64,000 nt of DNA from the human T2T-CHM13v2.0 reference genome, Homo sapiens. Both the position numbers and the translations under genes were made by a program. Position 1 is the stretch's first letter, and each line of letters begins with the position of its first letter. This document shows positions 42,309 to 56,319 of the stretch, piece after piece. The stretch lies in NCBI RefSeq assembly GCF_009914755.1, contig NC_060926.1, one strand, 5' to 3'. The notes under the pieces were generated by a model. It ran no database searches. It worked only from the letters and a program-made list of their open reading frames with translations, and was not told the DNA's origin.

Positions 42309-42944
42309 CTACCTATTGGCATCTTCTGAGAAGAATAATAGCTTAGTTTTGTGAGGATAAAGAGGGCACCTTAGGCAGAAAACAGTATGTGCAGCGGTAC
42401 AGAAGTAAGAAGCAGCATTCCCTGACCAGAGAGTAAGAGGAGTGGCTGGAGAATGGGGTATGTGTTAGGAGCAGCGGCAGAAAGTGTGGAAGAAGCAGGC
42501 AGGAAGTAAATTTCAAAGGACTCAGCACACGGGATGGGGTAGTTTGGACTTTCTGATAGATCCTCACCATGACCACCCCGAAGCACAGTTTTTCCTCATT
42601 ATTCACATTTCAGTATTTGCAAATTCTCCTACTAAAATTTCTTTCTGTGTAACTCCCAAATCAAGTCTTGAGATGCATTTGCAGTCATTCATAGACATAT
42701 GCAGATGAGGGAAAATGTGCACGCTCCCAGCTGAGGTGGGACCAGGTGAAGCTCTGCCTTTTTGTTTTGGCTCTCAGACTGTAAACCAGCACCCTTTTGC
42801 AGTCTATTGAGTGGCACATTTTTGTGCTTTTTGTTGGTGATTCTGAAGTAGGAGACCAGCAGGACTTGTTTTCTGGTCACAACCCTGCTGACACAAAACA
42901 GAATCTGATCCAGATGGGATGAAGTAAAGAAACTGGCAGAAACC

Positions 42945-43248
42945 AGCTGGGCACAGTGGCTCACACCTGTAATCCCAGCACTGTGGGAGGCCAAGGGGGG
43001 GCAGATCATTGAGGTCAGGAGTTCGAAACCAGCCTGGCCAACATGGTGAAACCCCGTCTCTACTAAAACTACAAAAATTAGCTAGGCAAATTGGTGCATG
43101 GTGCAGGCCATTAGTCCCAACTACTCCAGAGGCTAAGGCAGAAGAATTGCTTGAACCCAGGAGGCAAAGGTTGCAGTGGGCTGAGACTGCACCACTACAC
43201 TCCAACCTGGGCGACAGAGACGCTGTCTCAAAAAAAAAAAAAAAAAAA
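42945..43248 (+). mobile_element. Alu (AluS-type) inserted in the MER66-like LTR
   Basis: Dimer plus A19 tail; 19-bp TSD aaagaaactggcagaaacc at 42926-42944 and 43246-43264. Confidence 0.95.
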
Positions 43249-43610
43249 GAAACTGGCAGAAACCAGCAGATGGTAACAAAAGTGATCCCTAGATGCCCTC
43301 ATTGCTCATTAGCATAACACACTCCCACCAGTGGCATGACAGTTTACAAATTCCATGGCAATGACCTGGAAGTTACCACCCCTTTCTAGAATGTTGTTGA
43401 ATAAACTGCCCCTTAAGCAAGTATTGTAACTGCAAGTATTACAAGTAATTGGATATAAATATGGCCACCAACAGCCCACAAGTGTGACTCTGGGCACGCT
43501 GCCTATGAATTAGCCCTGCTCCACCAGAAGCAGCTCCAGTTCAATAAAAGACTGCTATTTAACACCACTGGCTTACTCTTGAATTCTTTCCTGGGTGAAG
43601 CCAAGAACCT

Positions 43611-43976
43611 TGTATTAGTCTGTTCTCATACTGCTAATAAAGACATATCTAAGACTGGGTAATTTATAAAGGAAAGAGGTTTAATTGACTTACAGTTCCA
43701 CATGGCTGGGGAGGCCTCACAATCATGGCAGAAGGTGAATGAGGAGCAAAGTCACATCTTACATGGTGGCAGGCAAGAGAGCATGTGCAGGGGAATCCCC
43801 CTTTTATAAAACCATCAGATCTTGTGAGACTTATTCACTATGATGAGAATAGCATGGGAAAGACCCACCCCCCATGATTCAATTACCTCCTACTGGGTCC
43901 CTCCTACGACATGTGGGAATTATGGGAGCTACAATTCAAGATGAGATTTGGGTGGGGACACAGCATAAGCATATCA
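43611..43976 (-). mobile_element. THE1 (THE1C-like) MaLR solo LTR inserted in the MER66-like LTR
   Basis: tgtattagtctgttctcatactgctaataaagac ... gggtggggacacagc...atatca; perfect 5-bp TSD aacct at 43606-43610 and 43977-43981. Confidence 0.92.
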
Positions 43977-45161
43977 AACCTTCCCTGGCTAAACCCCAAT
44001 TCTGGGGCTTGCCTGTCCACCTGCTTCAATTCCACTGTTTAAAATAGCTCCCATGTATGGTGCTGAAGTGCTGTAGGGCCAGAAGGATGTGACATGACTT
44101 ACAAAGAAAATGCATGTGTTAGATAAGCTTTATTCAGTCATGAGTTGTAGTTCTGTTGGCTATGAGTTCAATGTTAACTAATCAACAATTTGTATTAAAT
44201 AAGATGTCTAAACAGAAACACACATAAAACAAGGTTTTAACAATGTGTTGATAGAATGATTAAACTATTATGACCAAAAGCTTGCAGAAACCTAACTCCA
44301 TATTTCTCCTAGGAGCAATGGTTTAGTATTTCATTCAGTGTTTGCAGCAACTGTATACAATGTAACTACCATGAATAATAAGAATCAACTGCACTTGGAA
44401 TGGTTTCATTTTATTTGACTTTTAAATCTCCATTTCACAAATTGGGACCCTAAGTCTCACAAGGCTGAGACTTGCCCAAGGCTCCGTAACTACTAAGTAT
44501 CAGAGCCAGGACTTGAACACAAATGGTCTGATTCCCACTCCCACCATGTTTCTACTCTGAAATGCAGCAGATGCTAAAATAGCAGAAATACCAGTGTCCC
44601 TCAGGCCAGGTCTTAGAAATCTATAGTCAGCCATGCCATAAGACTGAAAGGTAATTCAGTGAAGGTCTTCTAGGATGCCTTAGCTGGCTCTTTACTGGAG
44701 GTAATGGCCAGGTAAAGACCTAGAATCCTGCCTGGCTCCACTTGGGTTTGAGCTGGGTTTTATGAGGACTCGATTTATCAGTGGCCTGGTACAGGTTCCA
44801 AATTGAGATGGTGGCAGCCCCAGGAGAAGCCCGGCATCTTAATATTCCAGATGCAGCCGTGTCTGGCAGCCTAGAGTCAGATAACGGCAGCCTGGGTGTG
44901 TGCACACTTAATATTCCCTCCAGCAGCCCCATATCCCTCCTCCTGCTTCCAAGTCCTGCTATATTTTTGATGAAAGCTAAACAGATTACGAAGGAAGCCC
45001 AAAAAGGACACAGTGTTTGCAGGAACCAAACCTTGAAGGGGAGGCCCTTGGGGGCAAGAGAGTGCTACAGCTTTCTATTTAGACAGTGCTCCTTTTGGAT
45101 AATTGGATGCCTGCTTCTTATGCAGCTGGTCAACTGAAAATGTATACAAAATGAGTGAGTG

Positions 45162-45164
<3 letters not shown>

Positions 45165-45193
<29 letters not shown>
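45165..45193 (+). repeat. (TG)n microsatellite
   Basis: Direct reading. Confidence 0.95.
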
Positions 45194-45194
<1 letters not shown>

Positions 45195-45708
45195 GAGGGA
45201 GGAACCAGAACAGCAAAAGAGAGAAGAAAGGGATTTTTTTTATCTAATATGATGATAATTGAGCATCTCCATGATATCCCCTTCAAATCTGCTAAAATTG
45301 TAAGAACAGAAAATCCTTACCAGGCAATGTTTCTCCAAAGAAAGAGATCAAAGCGGAAAAGTGTCAGATGAGACTGCAGCAGCCCCAGGCTAATTGTGAA
45401 GTTTGCCTTATGGGCCTCAGCTTCTTCTTCCAAGGTCTCCTGCCCTCTCTTGGATACTTAGGGACCCCATACTAGCTCCCTATGCCTACCATCTAATAGC
45501 ATTGTAGGACTTAGCGTTAAAAGAGACACCATAAGCCAGCTAATTGTAACCCCCACCCAACCTGGGCTGGTATACACACCTTGACACTATTAAGGGAGGG
45601 TCTTTCAACCTCTAATTGCACCCTGTCTTTACTGTGATGGTGATGATGGGAGGGGATACTTACCACTTACTTCCAATAGTCACCTATCCTACAGGTGATC
45701 CTCCAATG

Positions 45709-45926
45709 CGGGGATCTGCAAACAGAGCCCCGTGGGCCAAATATGACCTACTGCTTGCTTTTGCAAATAATGCATTATTTGTACATGGCCATGCTTATTA
45801 TGTATCGCCTGTGGCTGTGTTCATACTACAATGGCAGAGTTGAGTGATGTGACAAGTACTGTATGGTCCACAAAGCCTAGAATGTCTACTGCCTGTCCCT
45901 ACACAAAAAAGTTTCCCAGCCCCTGC
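45709..45926. mobile_element. MER58A-like hAT-Charlie MITE
   Basis: gcaaacagagccccgtgggccaaat...ctacaatggcagagttgagt...caaagcctagaat...aaaaagtttcccagcccctg. Confidence 0.75.
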
Positions 45927-48179
45927 TTTAATGGAAAAGATGGGTTTTCTTACTGTACTGAAATCTGAAATCTGCCCTGGTGGTCACAGTCCTCCCCCTG
46001 GAGTGCCATGGGAGGCTACATCCTCCTCCATCAAACTGTTCCCCACCTTCCTCCATCAGACAACCCTTTGGTTATGTGTAATCAGTCATTGTGGTTTGTT
46101 CTTTTTTCTCTCTTCCCCAAGATGGAAACCCCTTCCTTGTGCAGTCTCCACTTGCAGTTTAGAAAACGACCCTTGTCCACACATGCTTGGCTCTGCCTTC
46201 TGAGGAAGTCACATATGTCTCACACCCAGCCCCACTCCCTCTCCTACCTCTACCCCAGAAATCTTTGGGTTCTTAAATACTTAAACAGAGAGTGCTAGAT
46301 ATAGCTTGTATGTATTCAACCATCAGTTCTCTTTATAAAGAGCCTGTCTGGTGACCTTTGCTTTGCCTATTATTTAATTTATAGCCCCCAACCAACTGGG
46401 TGGGGTAGCAAGTAAATATAGACAAAGGGGAAAAGTTTCAACTTGGTTTGGCTAGACATTAGAATCGACGATTGTAGCCAAAAAGGAGCTTACAGTCCAA
46501 TTCCTTTATTTGACAGAGGAAAGAGCAGAGACCCAGAGAGCTTGCAGAATTTGTCCAATGTGTCAAAACTGAGCAGTACTGGGATTTAGACCAGAATACA
46601 GTAGTTTTCACTTCAGGATCACTCTTCCCACTGTTGTAGTTGTCTCTCCATATGGCTAATTCCCTTAGATCCACAGTAAAAATGTTTTGAGCATCTTAAC
46701 ATAAACTGGGAGGAGAATAGCTCCTCCTCTCTAGGCCATATGATTCTTTATCCAGTGGTTCCCCTTCCTACAACCTTCCCACTCGACTCTCTAATACTCC
46801 AAAGTCAGGCCCAGGATATTCAGAAAAAAATATCAGCACATATAATTGATATAATTTATTAAGTACTTGTTATGTACCAAGCACTCTGACAACTACATCT
46901 ACACTGATCCTTTACATTTAATCCTTACAATAAAAAGAGAGAGATCATTATTATTCACATTGTATGAATCACAAAATAGGGTTTTAAAGAGCTACCTGAG
47001 TGGTCTTTTGGTGAAACCCAAACCAGACAATCTGACTCCAGAGCTGGAATTATTTGCCTCCCACTGATTGGAGCAAAAATCCGGCTCTCCAGCCTCCCAC
47101 TAACTGAAACGTCATGGGAATTTTCTACTGCATTGCATGGAGTCAAGTCTCCCATAGAGGTGGGCAAGAGTCTATAAAATATTACTTGGCTGTCCTCTCT
47201 CTAATATTCTTCTCCCACTTTCACTCTCAACTGGGCAATGATTTTTTTTTCTCAATCAGCAAAGGTCTGTAATGGATCCACCACTACAATTCTACTTTTC
47301 CTCTTATTGTTTCTCCTCTTTTTTTTCTCTTCTCCCATTTTTTTCTCTTCCCCTTAATGGCTTAGATCTGCCAAAAGCCCCCACAGGTACTGACAGCTCA
47401 GACAGGGGCATGCAGAAATAGAGTTTGTTCACCTTTGGATTCCTGTTCTATTCAAGGTGCAGTTGATGCTACTGTCCCTGCCTCCTTCAGCAGCCATCTG
47501 GCCCCGACCCATAGAAAGGGGCAAACGTGGACCTTGAATTCGGTCCTCCTTATGTTGGACTTTATATGCAGCTCACTATGAATGATGCTGGAATACAAAG
47601 TGGAATAATATAGCCCCTGCCCTCATGAAGTTTACCACTAGTGGGAGAGAAAAACAGATAACAGATATGTGCTTGAACAGATAATTTCAAGACAATGTGG
47701 TATATCAAGCAAACTATGAAGCCCAGGGGAAAGGCATTTGGCTCAGCCTAGTGATGTCAGGGAAAGTTCCAGAGAGAGAAATGTTTGAGCTAAATAATTT
47801 AGGACCAGTAAGACCCATCAAAACCCAGGAAGAGGAAAAAGGGTGCGGGTTCACGGAGAGAGTCTAATGGGTATGGACACTTAGTATAGGGCCCAATGAG
47901 GATCAAACAATCTCTTGAAGCTTTTCATGGGGTGAAACAAAGGGTTCTTTACTCATCTGGTGAGCTCTGACTCCAACTGTATCTTGTGCTCTTTAAATGC
48001 GTTCTGTCATTTAATCTTCACAACCAACTACTGGGTAGGTAACACTAGCTCCATTAAATAGATTATCAAGGCTTAGAGAAGTTGAATTCCTTGCCCAATT
48101 TTGTGCTGACAGGAGGGGATACAGAGAAAAGTGCTTGTTCTGATTTGCATCCCTTGCCCCCAATGCTAAGGACCCATAA

Positions 48180-48227
48180 ATGTATTTCTGCCCTCCCTGG
48201 AACATGTATTTCTGCCCTCCCTGTAAC
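48180..48227 (+). repeat. 24-bp tandem duplication (atgtatttctgccctccctg[g/t]aac x2)
   Basis: Direct reading, one mismatch. Confidence 0.92.
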
Positions 48228-51200
48228 AGTATTGTGAGCTTTTCTCTTCCAATCTGGAACATAATCACCTGCCATTTGCTCAGAGTGTTCATAAGAGATA
48301 TTGTTGGGCGTCAAATGTGATGTCCTCAAGAGGGTCTCAAAGACGCTGAGGGTAATTATCAGAATGAATATGGGCAGCTGTGCCCTCCCAGAAGCATCCT
48401 TCCCCAAAAGGTGCTCTGCTTGGTGGCACTGCAATAAAGGCATGTGGTGTGTAAGGCAATGTGGTGTGTGTATGCTGTCTCTCTGCCTTTTTTTGTTACA
48501 CTTTGCAGAGGTTGGCATCTTCACAGGGCCCCTTAGACTGCCATGTGGGATCTGTGTCTCTCTCCTTACTTTTTCTAGGCCTTTTCCTGTTTTAACTTAT
48601 GCCCTGGAGGGCCAGCTCTTGTGTTGGGATGCTTGCTGACTGGTAGCGACGAGTGGCTCTGTAGTCACTCAGAGATCCAAGCACCCTGCCTCCTCCTACA
48701 TCTGTCTTCATCTGGAGCCAGGCTGAGCTCCAGATTAACTCTAGCATGAACTTGGCCTGAAAGTTGCCAACCACTTTTGGTAATGACATCACCAATGGTG
48801 GGTAAACGTTTTACTTCTATCAGGCTCCTTGCGGAATCTGTGTCCAGGATTTTAAAAACAAAAAGACAAAAAAACCAGAGTCAGCAGGTTTGCAATAATT
48901 AAACAAAGCCCTGAAGGCAGAGCTGATGCAAAGCCCAGGTTGAAAGCAAGGCAGGGCGAGCTGCAGGTTAGAGCCTGTGTCTGCACCTCCCGTTGGGCCC
49001 AGCAGCTTGGGGCCAGCAGAGTCAGTCTGAGGCCAGGTGTGAGATGAGAAAACCAGGCCTCCTTAGAACAGAATCCAGCTGCTGAGGCTAAATGTCTTGT
49101 GAGGCCAACAAGCAGGAGTTTGCTTTCCCCCTAAAGGCCCCAAGGGTGTTAGAGTCAGGACAATCTTCTTAAACCAAACAGTGTGTTTTCTTCCCTCTGA
49201 TCTTATGTCAGAGCAAGGTTAAGCTCCAGAAAAGTCACCTGGGTCAGGTACTCAACATTCACAGAGCAGGAGGGTTTAAAGTCAGAAGATTTGGATGGAA
49301 TCATGTCTCTGTCACTTGCTGGCTGTGTGATCTGGGGCAAAACTCAAGTCTCCCTGAGCCTGATCCCTCAGCTGTAGAATAAACAAAGGACAGACCACAT
49401 AGACCATGAAAAGCTTGCTCTGAGGATCAACTGAGATAATGTATGCACCAGGTCACACATAGTAGGAGCCTCATTCTTCCTCCTCTTCCATGAAAACATC
49501 ATCGTTTATATTTCAGCTACTGTTTTGCTTTCAGAGAACTATGAGGACACAACATTTATTGTATTATAAATATTATTTTACAACTCTATATTTTCTATTT
49601 GATTTAGAACCCCTTAAGAAAAAAGATTGTGTCTTTCTTATCTTTCTTTGTATATCTAACACTTAATACATAGCAAATGTGCAAAAAAGAAAGGTTTGCT
49701 AAATGAATTCATACATCCGTGTACTTGGTGGAATAAATAATAGCCAGAGATAAATTCCCACATGTATTTAATTAAAATCTTTTTTCTCCACTGTTCTCTC
49801 CTTTTCTTGCCCTTTTGTCTTTTCATTCACTGCTTCATGTGCTGAATAGTTCTTCTGTGCCATCCCTACTCCAGGCACTGTAAGGACATAATGGTGAATA
49901 AGAATAAGCCATGGTCCTCATACTCTTCCAATCCTGTAATAGCACAGGTTTGAAAGTCAAACCACGGGGCAGTATGGGCTGTGTCTTATCAGTAGTATTT
50001 ATAACTGTGAGTTTAGAGGGAGGAGCAATCCCTGGGGTTGCAGAGGCAGCTTCATAGAACACTTTGTCTTTGAACAAAGCCTTTGGATTTATCTCACTCT
50101 AGCCTGAGCTCTGAAATTTACCCATATTACTCCCAAACAATGGGAGGCTAATGATTAGAATGCAGACAGCAATAAGAAAAAGATTCCTAGCCATCAGCCA
50201 GGACTTGCTGTAACCAAGAAAAACTTTTCAACCTGTTCTAATGGGGAAAACAAGCCCATGACACACCAAGCCTCACAGAGTCTAGAGTTAGACAGAAGTC
50301 ACTAGGGGCCCAAGACACTGCCAGCAATAGTCTTGTTTTGTTACTCATTAATGCCCCACTGTGAATGTGACTCGGCTTCTCTCTGTGTATATCTGACTCT
50401 GTTCATCATCTCAGCTGTCAGCTAACTGCCCAATGGAGAGTAATGGATCCAATGTAGTCATCATCAGTCTGATTAGGTGAAATAAGCCCAGGGCCACTCA
50501 TAGGCTGCTGTCACATCTATAGGTTGGTTTTCCTTGGATCATGGCCAAGCTTCATACAACCGTCTGTGACAAGAGAGGGCAATGGAATCACATGGGACAA
50601 TATGGTACACATTAAGGAGCTGCTGATGACCACACTTCCTTCCACAGGGCTTAGGGCAGCAACTCCATTAGAACGTGGATGTTGATAGGAAGCGTACTTT
50701 GAATGGCCTGCCCGGTCTTGCCTGGAATCTCAGGTGTGATTTTTATTGGAAGTGACAACAGGTAAGGTGCAGGAGAAAGGAGCAAACATTCCAGCGGAAA
50801 GAAGAAGATGGGCAAAGGCTTGGAGGGAGCAAAGCTCAGGATAACACTACCCCTGTAGATTATGTGATCTTGGCTTGGACTCATGAAAGCCAGGGATTTG
50901 GGGAGGTTCCAGAAAACCAAGATTCCTTACCAAGCAATAAATACTGACCTTTGGTGAAAGGAGAATCACTAATTCAGGAATGAGTAGGTTTATGTCTCCG
51001 AAAGTTATAAAACTGAATGCATTACTAGTGTGTGGAAAAGTGTTTGTGGAACTGCTATCTCTAAATTTAAAATAAGGATTAGTGCAACCTGCCTGAGACA
51101 GAACAGGGCAGCACCTCCTGGAGGCAGAGAGCTTGACCAAAGACTCCTGCTAGCAAAACTGTTGGTGATTAAAACTTATTCCCAAAGATAGTAGACAGAC

Positions 51201-51749
51201 ACATGTCTTATACCTTGCAAGACCTCATTAAACATCAAACAGAACTGGAGGGGCCCATTCACAGACCAGAAAGTTCAACAAAGGGAGAAGGAAATTGTAT
51301 TGTCTGACAACAGATACAACTGCAGCCTAGAATACAGGTAGAGTTGCCTACAGAGAGGAAATCAAATTTCCAGGCAGACCTCCAGAGAGAGTAAACACAA
51401 TGGAAGCTAGGGTCAGAATGGAACACAGAATACAGGTATGTTAATGGAACAATTTACTTCTACTCTCATGCAGAATACTGGGTGCTAGCCATCTGCCCTG
51501 TGCAAAGAAAGAAAAACTAAAGTCTCTAATGAATTAAAACAAACTATCTGGAGAGGACATGAGCCTTTATTGTGAGGATTTGTGTCTGCAAGCAAAACCC
51601 TACCCATGTGGACATTTGGGGTGCCCCCAGGACAAAGGCTCTCAGTCTTCCCACCCTAAGGGGAGCTGTCAATCAAGAGGCCTCACCAAGTACAGAGAGT
51701 TCCCAATCAGCCTCTCCCCAGCCTCAGTTAAAAATCTCATGATACACAA

Positions 51750-53520
51750 GCAAAACCTGCAGCATCATGAGAAACATTAAGATTAAGTGAAAATCCCAGT
51801 GGAATTCAAGAAAATCCTGATCTGAGTGCCATTTTTTAAAAATATCCGAAGACATTAAAGATCTCTTGGAAATCAAAAATATAATTTCCCCAACATAAAA
51901 ATTAATAAATTGGATCCTTAAAATACAAAACCAAAAACCACTTTCAGAATGTTGAACAAAAAGACAAAGAGATGCAACGTACGAGAGAAAAGAGACATGG
52001 TGTTCAATTCAGAAAGTCTACTTCAGTTGAGAGGGTTGCTAAAAGGGAAAACATAGAGTCAAACAAGATGAAAGAAACTGACCCATGTCTAGACTCATGA
52101 CCACCAGGCCTAAATAGAAACTAGTAAAACTACCCAGATGGGGGAAAATGGCTACCAACAAAAATAAAAAACAGATTCAGATTGACACCATGTTTCTTAG
52201 CCTCCACAGTGGATGCTAAAATATAATGGAATAATATCGCAAAGGCTGAGGAACATAAAATGTTAAGCTAGAATTTATAACCAGGTAATTTACTAAACAA
52301 GTGTAAAAGAATAAAAGTCTTTTGATACCAAAAAAAATCTCAGAAAGTTTATATTCTACATACCGTCTTTTAAAGTTATTTCAGGATGTTTGTCAACAAA
52401 ATAGTGTTGGAAATAAAGAAAGAGGAAAACATTGGATCCAGGAAACAACAGATGCAACCCAGGAAACTAAATACAAAAGTTCTAGAATGATAGCTGTGAA
52501 ATAGGCCTACCAACCAGTGAAGAATGGACTAGGGAAACTGAGACCTTCAAGAAAGAAGGTTCCAAGAAAAAAAAAAAACAGAAGTGGGAGGAAAAGCTGG
52601 GGAAGGGACTCAATAGAACAGAATCTAAAAACACATTGGGAATGAGAAAACAAAAAGCATGGGGATAAATAAAGGAAGGCACTTAGATTCTCCAAGGAAA
52701 CCAAAAAGCTCTCAAGAAACTTGTCCAAATATGAAGCAGCTGGTTCAACATAGAACAAGAGATCATTGTCCATAAGAAAACACAAAATGGATTCTGAACA
52801 ATAGAGAGATTGAGTGGTAAAAAGAGGAAGGCAAAAAGGCCTATGTTCCTTCCCTTAACAAGAAAAATGTAAAGCAATCTGTAATTTTGAGGAAGGGCAA
52901 GTCCAAGAAAGGCAAAGTCCAAAGGTGAAATCTGAAAAAATATGACATAATTTTGAGCAATTGGTAAAATGCAAGAAAAAATAATCTATTTGAAGATTTT
53001 TCTTTATGTGATACAGGAATAATGAAATGGCAACTGTAGAGAAAGAAATGTAATCAGAGCACAGTAATTAATTGGCTTTGGCTTTGCAGTAAATAGTCAG
53101 CACCTCCTCATAATAACGTAAAATCTCTGCGTTGGTTTCCACTTTTGGAATCAAGTTAGAGTCAAAGCAAAAAAAGAAAGAAAGAAGAAAACTTAATTAT
53201 AATCCCAAAATATAACGTACATACTCTCAACTTCAGCGATATAAAAGTTCAGGTCACAGAAACTGAGAGGTGAAGGAAGATGACTTAAAGGGAGATACAG
53301 GGTCTTCATTTCCTCATTTTGCAGAGTAAGACTCAAGAGGTATGGTCTTTATTGCTATCACAAGATACAGAGGCTTAAATATAATATTTAAAATTTCAAA
53401 GCTAAAGGAACTGAAAGTAGTGACTTGATTCTTTAGAAGAAAGTAAAAGGAAGATGAGAATGTAAATAAGCCAAAACCTCATTTATCACAGGAGAAAATC
53501 AACGGACGCTGTCCCAGATT
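51750..53520 (+). mobile_element. HAL1-like (half-L1, ORF1-only) element, highly degraded
   Basis: ORF1-CTD-like ctagaatttataaccaggtaattt at ~52270, followed by gaaagaggaaaacattggatccaggaaacaacagatgcaacccagg...gaatgatagctgtgaaataggccta, resembling my recall of the HAL1 consensus. Confidence 0.55.
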
Positions 53521-53829
53521 GAGAGGGTGCCATTCAACACGTGGTGGGATCCAGACTGAAACCAGGAGGGGTTCTGAGGGACTGCTTTGGAGGAGGAGGG
53601 CTGAGGTCGAAGATGGGCAGGCAGGGAGCAGGACCTGGGGGTGAGAGAGAGTCTCATTATAAACTGTGTATATATTAGTTTTATTTTTTATTTTAAAAGA
53701 AAAAATATTATTTCCAAAAAGGGTTATTAAAACCCTTAAAATCCAGAGTCCATAAAAAGTGTGGTGTAGCCCTGATTTTTGACTAAAGAGCCATCTAATT
53801 CACATAAAATACACTGCAGGTCTTAACAG

Positions 53830-56250
53830 AGCATTGGATATTATTCTTAGGCACATTAGTTGTAACATTTTGCCATATTTGTTCTCTCTCTCTGAAATAA
53901 TTTTTCTCAAGCCATTTGAAAGCATGTTTTATACAATATATATACATCATGTCCCTTTACCTTTAATACACCAATGTATCTTTCCTAAGAACAGGGATAT
54001 CCTCTTACACAACCATGGTTGAATTATCAAATTCAATAACTTTAACATTGATATAGTTTTATCTAACTAGAGGTTATTTGTCAACTTCATCAATTTTCCC
54101 AGTAATATCCTTTACTATAATTTTATTCCCAGAAAATAATCCAGTGCAGTTATCGAGTATTACATTTAGTTTGTCTTGTTTCTTTAGTTTTCTTTGAAAC
54201 AGTTCCTTGTCCTTTCTTTGATATTCATGACATTGATAATTTGAAAATTATAGGTCAGTTACCTTATATAATTTTATTTGAATATAGTTATTTTATAGAA
54301 TGCTTCTCAGTTTGGGTTTGCTTGATATTTCCTCATTAGATTTGTGTTACGCATTTTTGGCTAGAATATTAAATGGTTACTGAACTATCTTTGATTTCAT
54401 CAATTCTGCTATCTTAAATCTGCTATTGAACAAATCTAGTAATTTTTTTAAAAGTTACTGTATTTTTCAATCCTGGAAATTCCATTTTTTATAGTTTCTT
54501 TTTCTCTATTGAGATTTACTATTTGTTGAGTTATTGCCACCATATATTTATTTAATTCTTTGAATATATATATAATAGATCTTTGAAGTCTTTGCTAAAT
54601 TTATCATTCTGGGCTCACGCAGAATCCGTTTTCTATTGACTTATTTTTTTTCTTGAGTATGAGTCACACCTTGTTTCCTTGCATGCTCAACATTTTTGTT
54701 TGAAATTTGACATTTTAGGTAATATATTATGACAACTCTAGATTCTCTTTTTTTTTTTCCTGAGGGTTTTCTTGGTAGGGAAAGTGAAGTAGCTTGCCTG
54801 AACTTAAGCTACAGAATCTCTCTCTCCCATGGTGAATAGCCACGAATGTCTCTGTGCAGTTGTTTCATTCCTAACTTCACTTTTTTCACTGGCTTTCTAG
54901 GATTATGTAGTTCATAGATAACCAACACTTGGGTACAGGCTGTTCTCAAATGCCTTGGTCTCTTAAAGCTTTCACTCTGCTGGTTTATCATGTATAGATT
55001 GGGAAGCCTTCAAAGGTCAGCTAGTTCTCAAGTCAGCCTTGACTTTCACTTTGCCCTGAGCTCTCTTGGGTCCCTGAGCATGCTCACGGTTTCGTGGTCA
55101 GTCAGAGAAGGGTGGAGAGGACCTCTGCGACTCTAATATCTAGGATATTCCTGTTAAATATCTCACTGATCCACTTCATACCCCGATTTGCCCTGGGACC
55201 TCAAGGCAAATTAACAGAGTGATAGTATTTCCTGCTCATTTTCTACTGAGTTTGCTATTTTTACTGACAACACCTTGAGTTGTCTCCCTCTTCCCCATAT
55301 CAAGTCCACTCCCCTGGGCAGCAAAGCTACTGTTTTCCCTGGTCAATTCTGCAATGGTGAAATTATAATTTTTGCCAACAGCTTTGTATGTGGAGAGTGG
55401 ATAGGATTTGTAGGAGGGTCAGGGGAGAATTTGACAATGGCCCCAGCAAGTAGTTTGCAGGCTGCGATGTTCTCACCCACTGCTCTGGTAGTTTTTCATC
55501 CATAAATGCTTCTCAATGTTTTGTCAGCCTTTGGTTGATTTCCAGATCCCTGAAAGGATTTTTGTCCAGTTTGATATGTATTTTGGGGACAGAGAATATG
55601 CCAACTTCTTGATGCCACCATGGCCAGTATTCTACTCTCCCTCTGATACATCCAGAGTTTACTGCTGCTTATTGTATACATCTAATTTTATTATTTACTA
55701 TATGGATTTCTAGTTGCCTCATATTTTTTATTAAAATAGCTATCTTTACCCAGTGACTTGAGATGCCACCTTTATCATATACTAAATTGCTACATGTATT
55801 TGGTGGATTCCTAAACTTTCTATTCCATTAGTTTGTCTGTTTGTCAGAACTGCATTGTTAAATGATAGAGACTTTGCAGTATATTTTGTCTCCTTGGACT
55901 TATTGCTTCCTTCCCCCACTTCTCCCCCTCCCCCAGACACACAAACATAGCTATTTCTTTTCACTGTTTCATGGCTATACTTGCATGTTTATTTTTCCAT
56001 GTGGACTTTCAGTATCATCCGTAAAGCTATGGCAAAAAAGTATCTTATCAGTTTTGGGGGGATATATTAAATTTATAAATTAACTTCCCCAGCATACTGA
56101 TGATATTGAAATATTTATCAAAGAACAGGGATGTGCTTCCACTTACTCAATTCTGTATCTCTCAAAAATGTTTTTTGGTTTTCTTCATATAAGATTTACA
56201 CACTTCTTATTAAGTTTATTCCAAAATATTTCATCTTTTTGTTGTTGTCT
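53830..56250 (-). mobile_element. Old L1M fragments (antisense)
   Basis: T-rich, with motifs such as tttcctaagaacagggatatcctcttacacaacca, ctgctattgaacaaatctagt and gatgccacctttatcatatactaaat. Confidence 0.65.
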
Positions 56251-56319
56251 TAACCACATTTAAAATTCTAACAGCATTGGCCTTCAGTCTCAAATAAGAA
56301 CTCAGGCATGGTGAGAGAT

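Larger units (their letters stand above)
42844..44028 (+). mobile_element. ERV1 solo LTR (MER66-like) inserted in MER82
   Basis: tgaagtaggagaccagcaggacttgttttctggtcacaaccctgctgac ... ctgcttca; 4-bp TSD attc at 42840-42843 and 44029-44032; internal tataaa and aataaa. Confidence 0.8.
42586..44391 (+). mobile_element. MER82 (TcMar-Tigger) split into 42586-42843 and 44029-44391
   Basis: TIR-like ends cagtttttcctcattattca / tgaataataagaatcaactg; the two halves join into my recalled MER82 consensus (...gttggtgattc | cactgtttaaaatagc...). Confidence 0.8.

Noticed and set aside
42689-43317. 102-133 aa ORFs
   Set aside because: Alu- and LTR-derived translations.
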